The notes: generated by a model from the letters alone, not told the origin. DNA of 64,000 nt from an uncultured Syntrophaceae bacterium (GCA_964387765.1 CAYLXS010000001.1:437-64436); one strand, 5' to 3'. Shown: positions 38,011 to 48,433, counted from the first letter of the stretch. Program-made: numbers and translations.

Positions 38011-38024
38011 GATAATGTAAACCC

Positions 38025-39833
38025 TCATCTCCTCTTGAACATCCTCTCTAAATCCCTTATGTCAAGCACTGCATAGGTAGGTCTTCCGTGAGGACAGGTT
38101 GCCGCGAATGGTATCGAATCGAGGTCTTTACACAACGCCGCGACCTCTGAGTCTGTCAATTTGTGGTTGGCTTTAACGGCACCTTTGCATGCCATGAGGG
38201 CAAGGATTTTGTCTTTTATTTCAGTAGCATTCTCAGTCTTCCCTGTATCCTCAACCTCTTCTATTATATCGGAAATAAGCTCCTCAATGTTGCACCCTGT
38301 CAGGAATGCGGGAATCTGTTTTACCAGTATCGTATTCTCGCCATACCCTTCCACGCCAAGGCCCACAGCTTTCAGCGCGTCAATATTGTTTATAAGCAGG
38401 TCAAAGCGCCCGGGCTGAAGGTTCACAACCTCCGGTATCAGCAAGCCCTGAATATGTGTCATCTCTCTCGTGGACACCTTCAGCCTTTCAAAAAGAACCC
38501 TTTCGTGGGCGGCATGCTGATCCATAAGAATAAAGGCTCCCTCCGATGAAAACGCGAGGTATGTGCCCGCAATCTGTCCCAGATAGTTGAGAGATGAAAA
38601 GTTTACCGCGTCTTCCGACACATCACGCTCATTGAAAAGTTCCGGCAGTTCCTCCCCGCCTTCTCTCCCACCGAAGGAATCCGGCGCTTTCCTCATTCCC
38701 TTCTCAGAAACATTTACGTTAAAGGTTTTCTTTTCAGTACCCGACAAAACGGTGTACCTTTTTAAAACGTTTCCAACCCTTTCTCTGTAAGCATCCGCTC
38801 TCACTCCGAAAGAGGGTCCGGAGAGTTCACTCCTGTCAGTGGACATACCGGACAATGCACTGGAGAGGGTGTCTGTAACAAGGCTGTATATATCTCCCGA
38901 GCTTCTGAAGCGCACCTCCAGCTTGGCCGGATGGACATTTATATCCACATCGGACGCGGGCATATCTATAAACAGGACAACATAAGGAAACCTCCTGGGC
39001 TCTATCAATCTCCTGTAAGAGCTTATAACCGAATGATTCAGGAGTCTGTCCCTTATGAACCGGTTGTTGATAAAATAGAACTGCCCCTTTGTGTTTGCCC
39101 TTGTGCGGTCGGGCATGGAGATAACGCCCCGAATGGTTGCGTCTCCCCTCTGTCCTTTTACTTCAAGTGTGTGTCTCCCGAAATCTTCGCCAAATACAAG
39201 CGCGATTCTATCTGACAGATTTTTTGTTCTGGGTACATTAAAGATAGTTTTGCCCTTTGCGACGACCCTCATCTTCACTTCCGGGTTGGAAAGTGCCAGT
39301 CTCATTATAGCGTCTACGCAGTGGGTCTGTTCGGTGGAATCCCTCTTCATGAACTTCATCCGGGCCGGTGTGGAATAAAAGATATCGCTGACAAACACCG
39401 ACGTACCGACAGGGCAGCCGGCATCAATAATCTCCTCGACTCTGCCCCCCCTTACCACCGCCCGGGTACCTGACAAAGATTCGTTTTTCCTTGTCAGTAT
39501 TTCAATTCTGGATATGGAAGCTATACTTGCAATGGCCTCCCCCCGAAATCCAAAGGAGGTTATATTGTGAATGTCTTCAAATGTGTATATCTTGCTCGTG
39601 GCGTGTCTCTCAAAGGCGAGTTTTACGTCATCCCTGTCGATCCCCCTGCCGTTATCCACAATCTTTACAGATTGTTTCCCTCCACCTTCAAGTTCAATAA
39701 GGATATCGGTCGCGCCGGCATCAAGAGAATTCTCGACAAGCTCCTTGACTATGGAGGCGGGCCTTTCAATAACCTCGCCCGCGGCTATCCTGTTGGATAG
39801 ATCCTCAGGCATAACAACTATCTTTTCCTGCAA
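38025..39833 (-). CDS. mutL: DNA mismatch repair protein MutL
   Basis: GHKL ATPase N-terminus RIAAGEVIERPASIVKELVENSLDAGA. Confidence 0.95.
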   Translation of the reverse strand: MQEKIVVMPEDLSNRIAAGEVIERPASIVKELVENSLDAGATDILIELEGGGKQSVKIVDNGRGIDRDDVKLAFERHATSKIYTFEDIHNITSFGFRGEAIASIASISRIEILTRKNESLSGTRAVVRGGRVEEIIDAGCPVGTSVFVSDIFYSTPARMKFMKRDSTEQTHCVDAIMRLALSNPEVKMRVVAKGKTIFNVPRTKNLSDRIALVFGEDFGRHTLEVKGQRGDATIRGVISMPDRTRANTKGQFYFINNRFIRDRLLNHSVISSYRRLIEPRRFPYVVLFIDMPASDVDINVHPAKLEVRFRSSGDIYSLVTDTLSSALSGMSTDRSELSGPSFGVRADAYRERVGNVLKRYTVLSGTEKKTFNVNVSEKGMRKAPDSFGGREGGEELPELFNERDVSEDAVNFSSLNYLGQIAGTYLAFSSEGAFILMDQHAAHERVLFERLKVSTREMTHIQGLLIPEVVNLQPGRFDLLINNIDALKAVGLGVEGYGENTILVKQIPAFLTGCNIEELISDIIEEVEDTGKTENATEIKDKILALMACKGAVKANHKLTDSEVAALCKDLDSIPFAATCPHGRPTYAVLDIRDLERMFKRR

Positions 39834-39843
39834 GGCTATCTCC

Positions 39844-40686
39844 TCAACTTATGCGGGCCATATAGTCCTTCAGCGCTATCTGCCAGAATTTCATCGTTCT
39901 ATGGGTGACATCGGCAAACCTTCTGCAACTGAGAACCGAATATCCAGGACGGGTGGCGCCCTTGCCAAGTGTTGCGGATTTTATCGGAACAATCCTGACA
40001 TCTTTCATCTCTCTGTATTCCAGTATTTTCAAAGCAAACTGATACCAGCTGCAGGTTCCCCTGTTCGTTACGTGGAAAATGCCCCTGTAATTGCCTTCAA
40101 CAAACACCTTCACCGCCGCGGCCAGCTCCACTGTACAGGTAGGAGATCCCGTCTGGTCATCAACCACCTCCAGCTTCCCTGTTTTCTCCGCCTTTTCCAT
40201 TATTGCCCCGACAAAATTCCTTCCATTCTTCCCATAAAGCCAGGACGTTCTCAACAATATGTAATTATCGGAAATCTCCCTGAGATACTCCTCACCCTTC
40301 AGCTTCGATCGCCCATAGGCGTTGATAGGATTGCATGCATCATCTTCTGTATAGGGAGTCCTCTTCGTACCATCAAACACATAATCGGTGCTGAAGTGAA
40401 TCAGCTTAATGCCGGGCTCTCTGCATGCCAGAGCCACATTTTTTACACCATCGGCATTTACTGAAAAGCACCCGGCCTCATCCGTCTCACAGCCATCTAC
40501 ATTCGTATAGGCGGCCGCATTTATAACGACATCTGCTCCTGATTCTTCAACCACACGCCTGCAATCGGAGGCAGACGCAATATCAAAATCCTCAATGTCC
40601 TTTCCAACCACATCATGAACTCCGCCAAGAGTTATCACAAGATCGGTGCCGAGCATACCCTTATATCCAAGTACCAGTATCTTCAT
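39844..40686 (-). CDS. rfbD: dTDP-4-dehydrorhamnose reductase
   Basis: N-terminal GxxGxxG-like motif (GYKGMLG), YGRSKLKGE catalytic YxxxK, 280 aa. Confidence 0.85.
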   Translation of the reverse strand: MKILVLGYKGMLGTDLVITLGGVHDVVGKDIEDFDIASASDCRRVVEESGADVVINAAAYTNVDGCETDEAGCFSVNADGVKNVALACREPGIKLIHFSTDYVFDGTKRTPYTEDDACNPINAYGRSKLKGEEYLREISDNYILLRTSWLYGKNGRNFVGAIMEKAEKTGKLEVVDDQTGSPTCTVELAAAVKVFVEGNYRGIFHVTNRGTCSWYQFALKILEYREMKDVRIVPIKSATLGKGATRPGYSVLSCRRFADVTHRTMKFWQIALKDYMARIS

Positions 40687-41420
40687 CAGTATCTGACCTC
40701 CCTGAGAAAAAGTCCCTGCGGAGGGGCCGTAATGCCAGCCCTGGCCCTGTCCATTGCACCCATTATTTCTTCAAATCCGGCAGGTGTGATGATTCCCCTC
40801 CCTACATCGACAAGAAGACCGACAATATTTCTCACCATATAGCGTAGAAAACCGTTTGCCTCTATTGTAAAGGAAACCACATCACCCTTCATATCAACAG
40901 AGGTATCAATAACCGTTCTTACGTGGTCTTTGGAATCGCATCCGGCAGCACAGAAAGATGAAAAATCGTGTTTTCCTTTAAGCAGTATCGCTGCTTCTCC
41001 CATCGCCTTCGTATCAAGGGGGGCACGCACATGCCAGGAATAATTTCTGTAGAGAGCTGTTCTCACCGGACTGTTTAATATTTTGTACAGATATGTCTTG
41101 CTCTTCACGCTGTAGCGCGCATGAAAACCCTCATCCACATCTATCAGGTCTTTTACGACGATGTCTCCGGGAAGAAGACTGTTTATTCCCTTCAAGAGAC
41201 TCCTACACTCTATGGTCGACTTTGTCCTGAAGTTTGCCACCTGATGCATGGCATGAACGCCGGCATCCGTTCTTCCTGAGGCCGTCAATCTTATTTTTTC
41301 CTGTGTGATTGTCCCTATCTTTTCTTCAAGTACCTCCTGAATACTGATACCGTTGGGCTGCACTTGCCACCCATGATAGGAGGTACCGTCATATTCACAA
41401 ATAATCCTGACGTTTCTCAT
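40686..41420 (-). CDS. truA: tRNA pseudouridine synthase A
   Basis: MRNVRIICEYDGTSYHGWQVQ and ..SGRTDAGVHA.. motifs. The start is set at ATG 41420, because the 349-aa ORF extension overlaps pgk. Confidence 0.9.
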   Translation of the reverse strand: MRNVRIICEYDGTSYHGWQVQPNGISIQEVLEEKIGTITQEKIRLTASGRTDAGVHAMHQVANFRTKSTIECRSLLKGINSLLPGDIVVKDLIDVDEGFHARYSVKSKTYLYKILNSPVRTALYRNYSWHVRAPLDTKAMGEAAILLKGKHDFSSFCAAGCDSKDHVRTVIDTSVDMKGDVVSFTIEANGFLRYMVRNIVGLLVDVGRGIITPAGFEEIMGAMDRARAGITAPPQGLFLREVRY

Positions 41421-41436
41421 AGGGTCCGGCCCCCGG

Positions 41437-42633
41437 TCAACCCACCTTTTTTTCACATTCATTAAGCGCTTCAACAGCCGGCAATTTTTTGCCCCCCAGA
41501 AGTTCGAGAGATGCGCCGCCTCCGGTGGATATATAGGTAATATAATCGCTTTGTCCCGCCCTGTGAACCGCGACATCCGTATCCCCGCCTCCCACAATCG
41601 TAAGGGCATGGGACTGCGCAACAGTATGAACCATGGAAAAGGTTCCCATGCTGAACGCGTCAATCTCAAACACACCCATAGGACCGTTCCACATAATTGT
41701 TTTCGCGTCGGTGAGCACCTCACGAAAGAGGGCAATGGAGGCGGGCCCGATATCCAGACCCATCCAGTCAGGATCTATTTCCTGAATAGGAACAATTTTT
41801 GTAACTGCTTTTGAGTCCGCCCTTTCGGCAATGACACAATCAACGGGAAGATATAATTTCACGCCTCTTTCCTTTGCTATTTTAATACCACGGCGCGCCG
41901 TATTGACAAGATTCTCTTCTATAATGGATTTGCCTACCTCATATCCCATCGCTTTCAGAAAAGTAAAGGCCATGCCTCCACCTATTATCATTTTGTCAAC
42001 TTTTCCAATAAGATTCGCGAGGGCCTCGAGCTTTCCTGATACTTTTAAACCACCGATTATGGCAACAAAAGGACGAAAGGGGGTTTTAAGGGTAGTGCTG
42101 AAATAGTTCAGCTCTTTTTTCATCAGGAAACCGGCGCAACACACCTTTGCGAATTTTGTTATTCCGACATTAGAAGCATGGGTCCTGTGAGCATTTCCAA
42201 AGGCATCGTCCACGTACACATCGGCATAACCGGCCAGTTCTCTCGCAAATTCATCAGAATTTTCTGCTTCTTCAATGTGAAACCGGAGGTTTTCGAGCAA
42301 CAAGACACAACCGGGTTTCATATCCTTAATCAGTGTTTTTACATCATCGCCAATACAGTCCTTCGCCAGCACAACCTCTTTGCCAAGGAGGCGCGACAGT
42401 CTCCTGGCCACGGGCCTGAGACTGAGACTATCGATTACTTCTCCTCCCGGCCTGCCCAAATGAGCCATCACTATTACCCGCGCGTCCTCATCCAGCGCAT
42501 AGTTGATTGTAGGAATCGCCGTCTTTATCCTCCTGTCATCGGTAATATGCAGATTCTCATCCAGCGGAACATTAAAGTCAAAACGGCACAGCACCCGTTT
42601 TCCTTTGATATCGATTTCATTTATGTATTTCAC
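41437..42633 (-). CDS. pgk: Phosphoglycerate kinase
   Basis: KRVLCRFDFNVPLD N-terminus, 398 aa. Confidence 0.95.
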   Translation of the reverse strand: MKYINEIDIKGKRVLCRFDFNVPLDENLHITDDRRIKTAIPTINYALDEDARVIVMAHLGRPGGEVIDSLSLRPVARRLSRLLGKEVVLAKDCIGDDVKTLIKDMKPGCVLLLENLRFHIEEAENSDEFARELAGYADVYVDDAFGNAHRTHASNVGITKFAKVCCAGFLMKKELNYFSTTLKTPFRPFVAIIGGLKVSGKLEALANLIGKVDKMIIGGGMAFTFLKAMGYEVGKSIIEENLVNTARRGIKIAKERGVKLYLPVDCVIAERADSKAVTKIVPIQEIDPDWMGLDIGPASIALFREVLTDAKTIMWNGPMGVFEIDAFSMGTFSMVHTVAQSHALTIVGGGDTDVAVHRAGQSDYITYISTGGGASLELLGGKKLPAVEALNECEKKVG

Positions 42634-42648
42634 AAATTCATCACCTCT

Positions 42649-42769
42649 TCAGTTATTGGTTACCGGTTATCAGTTGCCCGGTCACAGTTTTTTAACTGCA
42701 AACCGTGAACTGTGAACCGTAAACCATTTTTCAGTTATCAGTTACTTCTCCCTGCTCCCTGCTCCTCAT
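42649..42769. repeat. Heptanucleotide-periodic tract / imperfect palindrome across the ispF 3' end and the ispF-pgk spacer
   Basis: The 7-mers read TCAGTTA TTGGTTA CCGGTTA TCAGTTG ... GTGAACT GTGAACC GTAAACC ... (TCAGTTA)x2 CTTCTCC (CTGCTCC)x2. The left and right halves are roughly reverse-complementary. Confidence 0.6.
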
Positions 42770-43228
42770 CGTAACCACGGCAAAAGCCGCTACCCCTTCA
42801 CACCGTCCGGTAAAGCCCATACCTTCGTTGGTTGAAGCCTTGACGTTTACCAAATCCGGTTCCATATTGAGAAAATCGGCTATATTCTCAACCATGTTAT
42901 GTATATACTCTCTTAATTTCGGTTTCTCCAAGACAAGCGTTGAATCAACATTATTCACCCGGTAACCCTTTCGGGCCGCTAGTTCATTAACCTTAATCAA
43001 CAGATCTCTGCTGGGAATGTCCTTGTAGGCGGGATCGCTGTCGGGAAAGTGTATCCCAATATCACCTTCTCCAATAGCGCCAAGAATAGCGTCGCAAAGG
43101 GCGTGAAGCAGGACATCCGCATCGGAATGACCAAGGAGTCCCTTTTCACTGGAGATTTCCACACCCCCCAGAATCATCTTTCTCCCTGTCACCAGTCTGT
43201 GACTGTCGTATCCAAAGCCGATTCTCAT
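42731..43228 (-). CDS. ispF: 2-C-methyl-D-erythritol 2,4-cyclodiphosphate synthase
   Basis: MRIGFGYDSHRL and HSDADVLLHA motifs. Confidence 0.95.
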   Translation of the reverse strand: MRIGFGYDSHRLVTGRKMILGGVEISSEKGLLGHSDADVLLHALCDAILGAIGEGDIGIHFPDSDPAYKDIPSRDLLIKVNELAARKGYRVNNVDSTLVLEKPKLREYIHNMVENIADFLNMEPDLVNVKASTNEGMGFTGRCEGVAAFAVVTMRSREQGEVTDN

Positions 43229-43929
43229 ATGCCCGATCCGATCTTTTTAAGCAACAGTTCACCGAGGGCGAGATCTTCCGGTGTGGTAATCTTGATATTA
43301 TCATGCGAACCGGGGATTGTCTTCACGGATACACCCATGCGTTCCACAAGGGATGCGTCGTCTGTGCCATAAAATCCCTCTTTGTACGCATTTCTGTATG
43401 CCTCCAGGATAATCTCCCTTCGGAATGCCTGAGGTGTCTGAGCAAGCCGCAGGTTATTTCTGCCGGGGGTTTCTCCTATAATCCCGCCTTCACCAACTAT
43501 CTTAATCGTATCCGTCAAGGGAATTACCGGAATCACTGCCCCGCTCCGGGCAGCTTCTCTAATGGAAAGGTCTATTAATTTTTCAGGGAGGAATGGCCTG
43601 ACACCGTCATGGATAACTACAACATCGTCTCTACCGTCAACCATCTCCAGACCATTTCTGACGGAGTCCTGTCTTGTGTCTCCCCCGGCCTGGATATGTT
43701 TCACCTTGGAAATCCGGTATTTGTCAGCGATTTCATCCCTGACATAATCCATATCGCCCTTTGGAACTACAAGCACGATGCGAACAATAGACGAGGCCCT
43801 TTCAAATTTGATAAGGGTGCGACCTAATACGGGAATGCCATCCAGAGATAAATATTGCTTGGGGATATCATATGACATTCGCTTTCCGGATCCCCCGGCA
43901 ACTATAATCGCGACAGATTGCACCATCAT
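43225..43929 (-). CDS. ispD: 2-C-methyl-D-erythritol 4-phosphate cytidylyltransferase
   Basis: VAIIVAGGSGKRM motif and a 4-nt overlap with ispF. Confidence 0.95.
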   Translation of the reverse strand: MMVQSVAIIVAGGSGKRMSYDIPKQYLSLDGIPVLGRTLIKFERASSIVRIVLVVPKGDMDYVRDEIADKYRISKVKHIQAGGDTRQDSVRNGLEMVDGRDDVVVIHDGVRPFLPEKLIDLSIREAARSGAVIPVIPLTDTIKIVGEGGIIGETPGRNNLRLAQTPQAFRREIILEAYRNAYKEGFYGTDDASLVERMGVSVKTIPGSHDNIKITTPEDLALGELLLKKIGSGI

Positions 43930-44016
43930 TAATTGTTTTTCTATTTGCTGTTTAGGCTGTCAGTTTTACTACTCAAGATTGAAGAGTTTTTCAACCCGAA
44001 ACCCGAAACTTCTTTC

Positions 44017-45033
44017 CTACATCTGCGCAGGCATTCCGTTATGCTCATCATCTTTCGCATTGGAAAAGATCATCCTCCCGGCCGCCGTCTGAAGAACGCT
44101 GGTTACGATCACCTCTACGCTTTTTCCCATATATTTCATTCCATTATCCACAACTACCATGGTGCCATCATCAAGATATGCCACGCCCTGCCCGGCTTCT
44201 TTTCCCTCTTTTATAACCTTGGTTATCATTGTTTCTCCGGGTAGAATCGGAGGCTTCAAGGTATTTGCAAGTTCATTCACGTTCAGGATTTTTACACCCT
44301 GAAGCTCAGCAACCTTGTTCAGATTGTAGTCGTTGGTCACGATTTTGCCCCCTTTTTCTTTGGCAAGGGCGACAAGCTTCGCGTCAACTCCTCTTATCTT
44401 TGGAAAATCGACATCTACAATATCAATCCTTACATCATCACTTTTCTGCATCCGGTTGAGTATATCCAGCCCTCTTCTACCTCTTGAACGTTTCATGTGG
44501 TCGGATGAATCGGCTATCTGCTGCAATTCATCCAATACGAAACGAGGAACTATCAGACTGCCCTCGATAAATCCCGTATCACATATATCGGCCATTCTGC
44601 CGTCAATAATAACGCTGGTATCGAGTATCCTGTAATTTGGATCTTTTGCAGCTTTCAAAGAATGGGGTCTGGGAAAATGGAATTCTTCACTCTTTTTTGA
44701 ACCCAGAACGAGACCGAGATATCCCAGAATAAAAGTAATTGTGACGTAGATATACCCCCATGGCAGTATCTCCTGCTTCTCCAGCCCCGGTATAAACTTC
44801 AAACCATAGGTAAAGAGAAGGGCGATTAAAAGCCCGAGAACCGTTCCAATAACACCTCCGAATATAACTCGCAGTGAAAGTTTTCTTATGGCCTGTTCGG
44901 TTTGTATTACAAAAATTGAAAGAAAAAGTCCCAACGCCAAACCTATTAAAGAAAGCGGAAAAGTATAATATTTTAAAGCAATAAAATAACCACTTAAGGA
45001 ACAGGCCAGTATGAGTAAAAGCTTTATAATCAA
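44017..45033 (-). CDS. Membrane-anchored PIN/TRAM domain protein (YacL-like)
   Basis: N-terminal TM helices, PIN core ([12 protein letters not shown]), a C-terminal TRAM-like segment, and yacL-ispD-ispF synteny. Confidence 0.8.
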   Translation of the reverse strand: MIIKLLLILACSLSGYFIALKYYTFPLSLIGLALGLFLSIFVIQTEQAIRKLSLRVIFGGVIGTVLGLLIALLFTYGLKFIPGLEKQEILPWGYIYVTITFILGYLGLVLGSKKSEEFHFPRPHSLKAAKDPNYRILDTSVIIDGRMADICDTGFIEGSLIVPRFVLDELQQIADSSDHMKRSRGRRGLDILNRMQKSDDVRIDIVDVDFPKIRGVDAKLVALAKEKGGKIVTNDYNLNKVAELQGVKILNVNELANTLKPPILPGETMITKVIKEGKEAGQGVAYLDDGTMVVVDNGMKYMGKSVEVIVTSVLQTAAGRMIFSNAKDDEHNGMPAQM

Positions 45034-45089
45034 GTTTCACCTCCTGATATTTAAAAACCTGTCATTATTTCAAGGAGCAGAATGCAACC

Positions 45090-45572
45090 CTATGCTGCAA
45101 ATATAGCGTTTAAATGTTCTTCTACCTCTGTTTCATCGCAGTCACCGGCTATCGATATCTCTCTTATCAACAGACTTTTAGCGGTATCCATCATTTTTCT
45201 TTCACCGAATGACAGATCCTTGTCAATCTTTAACGTAAAAAGATCACGCAATACTCCCGCTATTTCATAAACCGATCCTGTTTTTATCTTTTCCCAGTAC
45301 TCTTTGTATCTTTTATTCCATGTCTGCTTGTCTACTACCACATTCTTCTCTTTTAATATTTCATAGACCATGGGTATCTCTTCTTCTGAAATCACCTCTC
45401 TGAGACCAACAAACTCCGCACCATCCCTCGGTATCATAATAGTAGCGTTATTACCTAATATCCTCATTACGTAGAAGGATTGTTCGCTTCCCATAATGTT
45501 TCTGGCTTCTATAGCCTCAATAAGCCCTACCCCATGCGCCGGATAAACAGCCATATCTCCCACATTAAACAT
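45090..45572 (-). CDS. carD: CarD-family transcriptional regulator
   Basis: MFNVGDMAVYPAHGVGLIEAIE, a CarD/TRCF RID-type N-terminus. Confidence 0.9.
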   Translation of the reverse strand: MFNVGDMAVYPAHGVGLIEAIEARNIMGSEQSFYVMRILGNNATIMIPRDGAEFVGLREVISEEEIPMVYEILKEKNVVVDKQTWNKRYKEYWEKIKTGSVYEIAGVLRDLFTLKIDKDLSFGERKMMDTAKSLLIREISIAGDCDETEVEEHLNAIFAA

Positions 45573-45771
45573 TTCTTTTCACACACCCTTCTTAATCTAA
45601 AATGTATCTATATTCGCCAAGAAAAACATATATCACCATTCTGTATTGCGGTCAATCAAATCCTCCGAAAAACCCACTGAATGCAGAAATTTGTCTTGAC
45701 TTTGCAAGATGGAATGAGCTAAGCAACCTCGGTTGTAGCACCACAACAAACAACTACAGGAAGGGAGCATC

Positions 45772-47850
45772 ATGGCAAAATACGATTCTAATTCACTAAG
45801 GAACATTGCAATCGCTGGACATGGAGGAACGGGGAAGACCTCCCTCTGCGAATCTTTCCTGTTTTTAAGCGGAAAATCTGACAAACTTGGGCGGGTCGAC
45901 GATGGAACCTCTTCCATGGATTTTGAACCGGAAGAGCAAAAAAGACATATTTCCATAGCTTCGGCAATAAACTTTTTTGAATGGAAAAAATATAAGGTAA
46001 ACATTATTGATACTCCCGGCGATTCCAATTTTCTCATGGACACCAAATACAGTATGCGCATCGCCGATAGCGTGATAGTTGTGGTGGATGCTGTGGGCGG
46101 GGTTGAATTTCAGACGGAAAGGGTATGGAGATACGCTGACGAGTTATCACTCCCACGCATGGTATATATCAGCAGGATGGACAGGGAGCGTGCCAATTTT
46201 TTCAAGACAGTGGACGATATAAACAATAAACTCGGCAAAAAGACAACTGTTTGCTATCTCCCGGTAGGTTCCGAAGAATCCTTTAAAGGTGTGATAGACC
46301 TTGCGAATATGAAGGCACTTATTTTTGACAACTCCAGTGGGAAACCCGGGAAAGAAGATATTCCTGAAGATCTCCTGGAAGATGCAAAAGCATATCGCGA
46401 GACTATGGTGGAAGATATAGCTGAATGTGACGAAGAATTGATGGACAAATATCTGGAAGAGGGTGAGCTTTCTATCGATGACATTCAAAATGGTCTCCGA
46501 AAGGGAGTGGCCTCAGGAAACTTGATCCCTGTCATATGTGGATCGGCCCTGAATAGCATAGGGATTATCCCCCTTATGGATATTATTGTAACCTCTCTCC
46601 CCTCCCCCCTGGATCGAGGAGTTGTCGTGGGTAAGAAACCGAATACGGAGGAAGAGATTGAGAGAACACCGGATGAAAAAGAACCCTTTTCCGCAATGGT
46701 ATTCAAGACTATTGCCGATCCATACGCAGGTAAACTTACATTGTTCAAGGTCTTTTCAGGAACACTCACATCTGATTTTGTATTTTATAACGCATCGAAG
46801 AACCTGAGTGAAAAATGCGGGAATATCTTCTATCTAGAGGGTAAAACCCAGGTTCCGGTGGAATCACTTATCCCCGGAGACATTGCCGCTCTTGCCAAGC
46901 TGAAAGAAACTTCCACCGGTGATACCATGTGTGATGCAAAATCACCCATCGTCTATGATAAGGTTCCTCTGATAAATCCAGTTGTTCGCTACGCAGTGGA
47001 ACCCAAGTCCAAGGGAGATGAGGAAAAGATACATTCGTCCCTCAACAGACTGATCGACGAAGATCAAACCCTCTCGATCTATAGAGACCCCCAGACAGGA
47101 GAAACTATCCTTTCAGGTGTCGGACAGGTACATATTGATATAACCCTGGAAAAGCTCAAAAGAAAGTTTGGCGTTAGCGTAAACCTGAAACAACCGAAAG
47201 TCCCTTATAAGGAAACCATCAAGGGAAAGACAAGGATCCAGGGCAAATACAAAAAACAATCGGGTGGCAAGGGACAGTACGGAGACACCTGGCTTGAGAT
47301 AGAACCTCTTCCCAAGGGAAGCGGATTCGAGTTTGTCGACAGGATCGTAGGCGGAGTCATACCCAGAACATACATACCGGCAGTGGAAAAAGGCATCGTG
47401 GAGGCAATGCTTGATGGTATTTTGGCCGGTTATCCTATCGTCGATCTAAGGGTCTCCCTTGTCGATGGCACGTACCATGCCGTGGATTCATCTGAGATGG
47501 CCTTTAAGATAGCGGGTTCCATGGGTTTCAAGAAGGGATTTCAAGAGTGCCATCCAACACTCCTGGAGCCGATAGTCGACATCAGTATTGAAATGCCGGA
47601 TGAATATATGGGAGAGGTAATCGGCGATCTCAACAGCAGGCGGGGACGTGTACTGGGTATGGACAAAGAGGGGTCGAACCAGGTTATCAAAGGACAGGTT
47701 CCACTGGCTGAAATTCTTTCATACGCACTCGACCTTACGTCGATTACCAGCGGCAGAGGCACCTTCTCTTATGAGATCTCTCACTATGAGGAGGTCCCCG
47801 CGCACCTGCAGGAAAAGATTATTGCTGAATCGAAAAAGGAAGAGACTTAA
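45772..47850 (+). CDS. Elongation factor G paralogue (EF-G2-like)
   Basis: Full five-domain EF-G length (692 aa), but the G1 motif is IAGHGGTGKTS rather than the canonical AHIDAGKTT. It is not in an str operon context. Confidence 0.85.
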   Translation: MAKYDSNSLRNIAIAGHGGTGKTSLCESFLFLSGKSDKLGRVDDGTSSMDFEPEEQKRHISIASAINFFEWKKYKVNIIDTPGDSNFLMDTKYSMRIADSVIVVVDAVGGVEFQTERVWRYADELSLPRMVYISRMDRERANFFKTVDDINNKLGKKTTVCYLPVGSEESFKGVIDLANMKALIFDNSSGKPGKEDIPEDLLEDAKAYRETMVEDIAECDEELMDKYLEEGELSIDDIQNGLRKGVASGNLIPVICGSALNSIGIIPLMDIIVTSLPSPLDRGVVVGKKPNTEEEIERTPDEKEPFSAMVFKTIADPYAGKLTLFKVFSGTLTSDFVFYNASKNLSEKCGNIFYLEGKTQVPVESLIPGDIAALAKLKETSTGDTMCDAKSPIVYDKVPLINPVVRYAVEPKSKGDEEKIHSSLNRLIDEDQTLSIYRDPQTGETILSGVGQVHIDITLEKLKRKFGVSVNLKQPKVPYKETIKGKTRIQGKYKKQSGGKGQYGDTWLEIEPLPKGSGFEFVDRIVGGVIPRTYIPAVEKGIVEAMLDGILAGYPIVDLRVSLVDGTYHAVDSSEMAFKIAGSMGFKKGFQECHPTLLEPIVDISIEMPDEYMGEVIGDLNSRRGRVLGMDKEGSNQVIKGQVPLAEILSYALDLTSITSGRGTFSYEISHYEEVPAHLQEKIIAESKKEET

Positions 47851-47929
47851 CCCGGACAAGCCTGAAGCTCATAGCTCATAGCAAAAATAAGAATTCTTAG
47901 TTGTGAATTTTTAATGGGGAACGAATATT

Positions 47930-48418
47930 TTGATTACCGGCGGAGTTATAACAGTAAGTGACAAGGGTTCCCGCGGCGAGAGGGAGGACATAAGCGGCAG
48001 GGAAGTTATTCGCATGCTGGTCGATATCAATATCCGGATTGACGATTACGAAATAATTCCCGACGAAAAAGATGTCATAAAAAACAGGCTGATAGAGTAT
48101 ACAGATAAAAAGAATCTGGATCTGGTTGTAACAACCGGAGGAACCGGCGTAAGTCCACGGGATGTCACGCCCGACGCGACCCTGGAAATAATAGAAAAAG
48201 AACTCCCTGGCATGGCCGAAGCCATGAGAAGGGAAAGCATGAACAAAACACCTCATGCAATGATATCAAGAGCTGTAACGGGGATAAGGGGGCAATCTCT
48301 CATCATTAACCTGCCCGGAAGCCCCAGGGGAGCCAGGGAAAACCTGGCAGTTCTTCTTCCCGCCCTGAAACACACAATAGAAAAACTAAGAGGGGACACG
48401 TCGGACTGTGGCGGTTAG
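47930..48418 (+). CDS. MogA/MoaB-family molybdenum cofactor biosynthesis protein
   Basis: ..VVTTGGTGVSPRD.. motif, 162 aa, TTG start. Confidence 0.85.
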   Translation: MITGGVITVSDKGSRGEREDISGREVIRMLVDINIRIDDYEIIPDEKDVIKNRLIEYTDKKNLDLVVTTGGTGVSPRDVTPDATLEIIEKELPGMAEAMRRESMNKTPHAMISRAVTGIRGQSLIINLPGSPRGARENLAVLLPALKHTIEKLRGDTSDCGG

Positions 48419-48433
48419 TTTACCATTGGCTTG

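Noticed and set aside
39571-40464. 297-aa plus-strand ORF
   Set aside because: It is antisense to mutL and rfbD, both of which carry clear family motifs. The ORF itself has no recognisable motif.
40686-41735. 349-aa version of the truA ORF
   Set aside because: The first 105 codons overlap the pgk 3' end and look non-protein-like. The TruA homology begins at MRNVRIICEYDG (ATG 41420).
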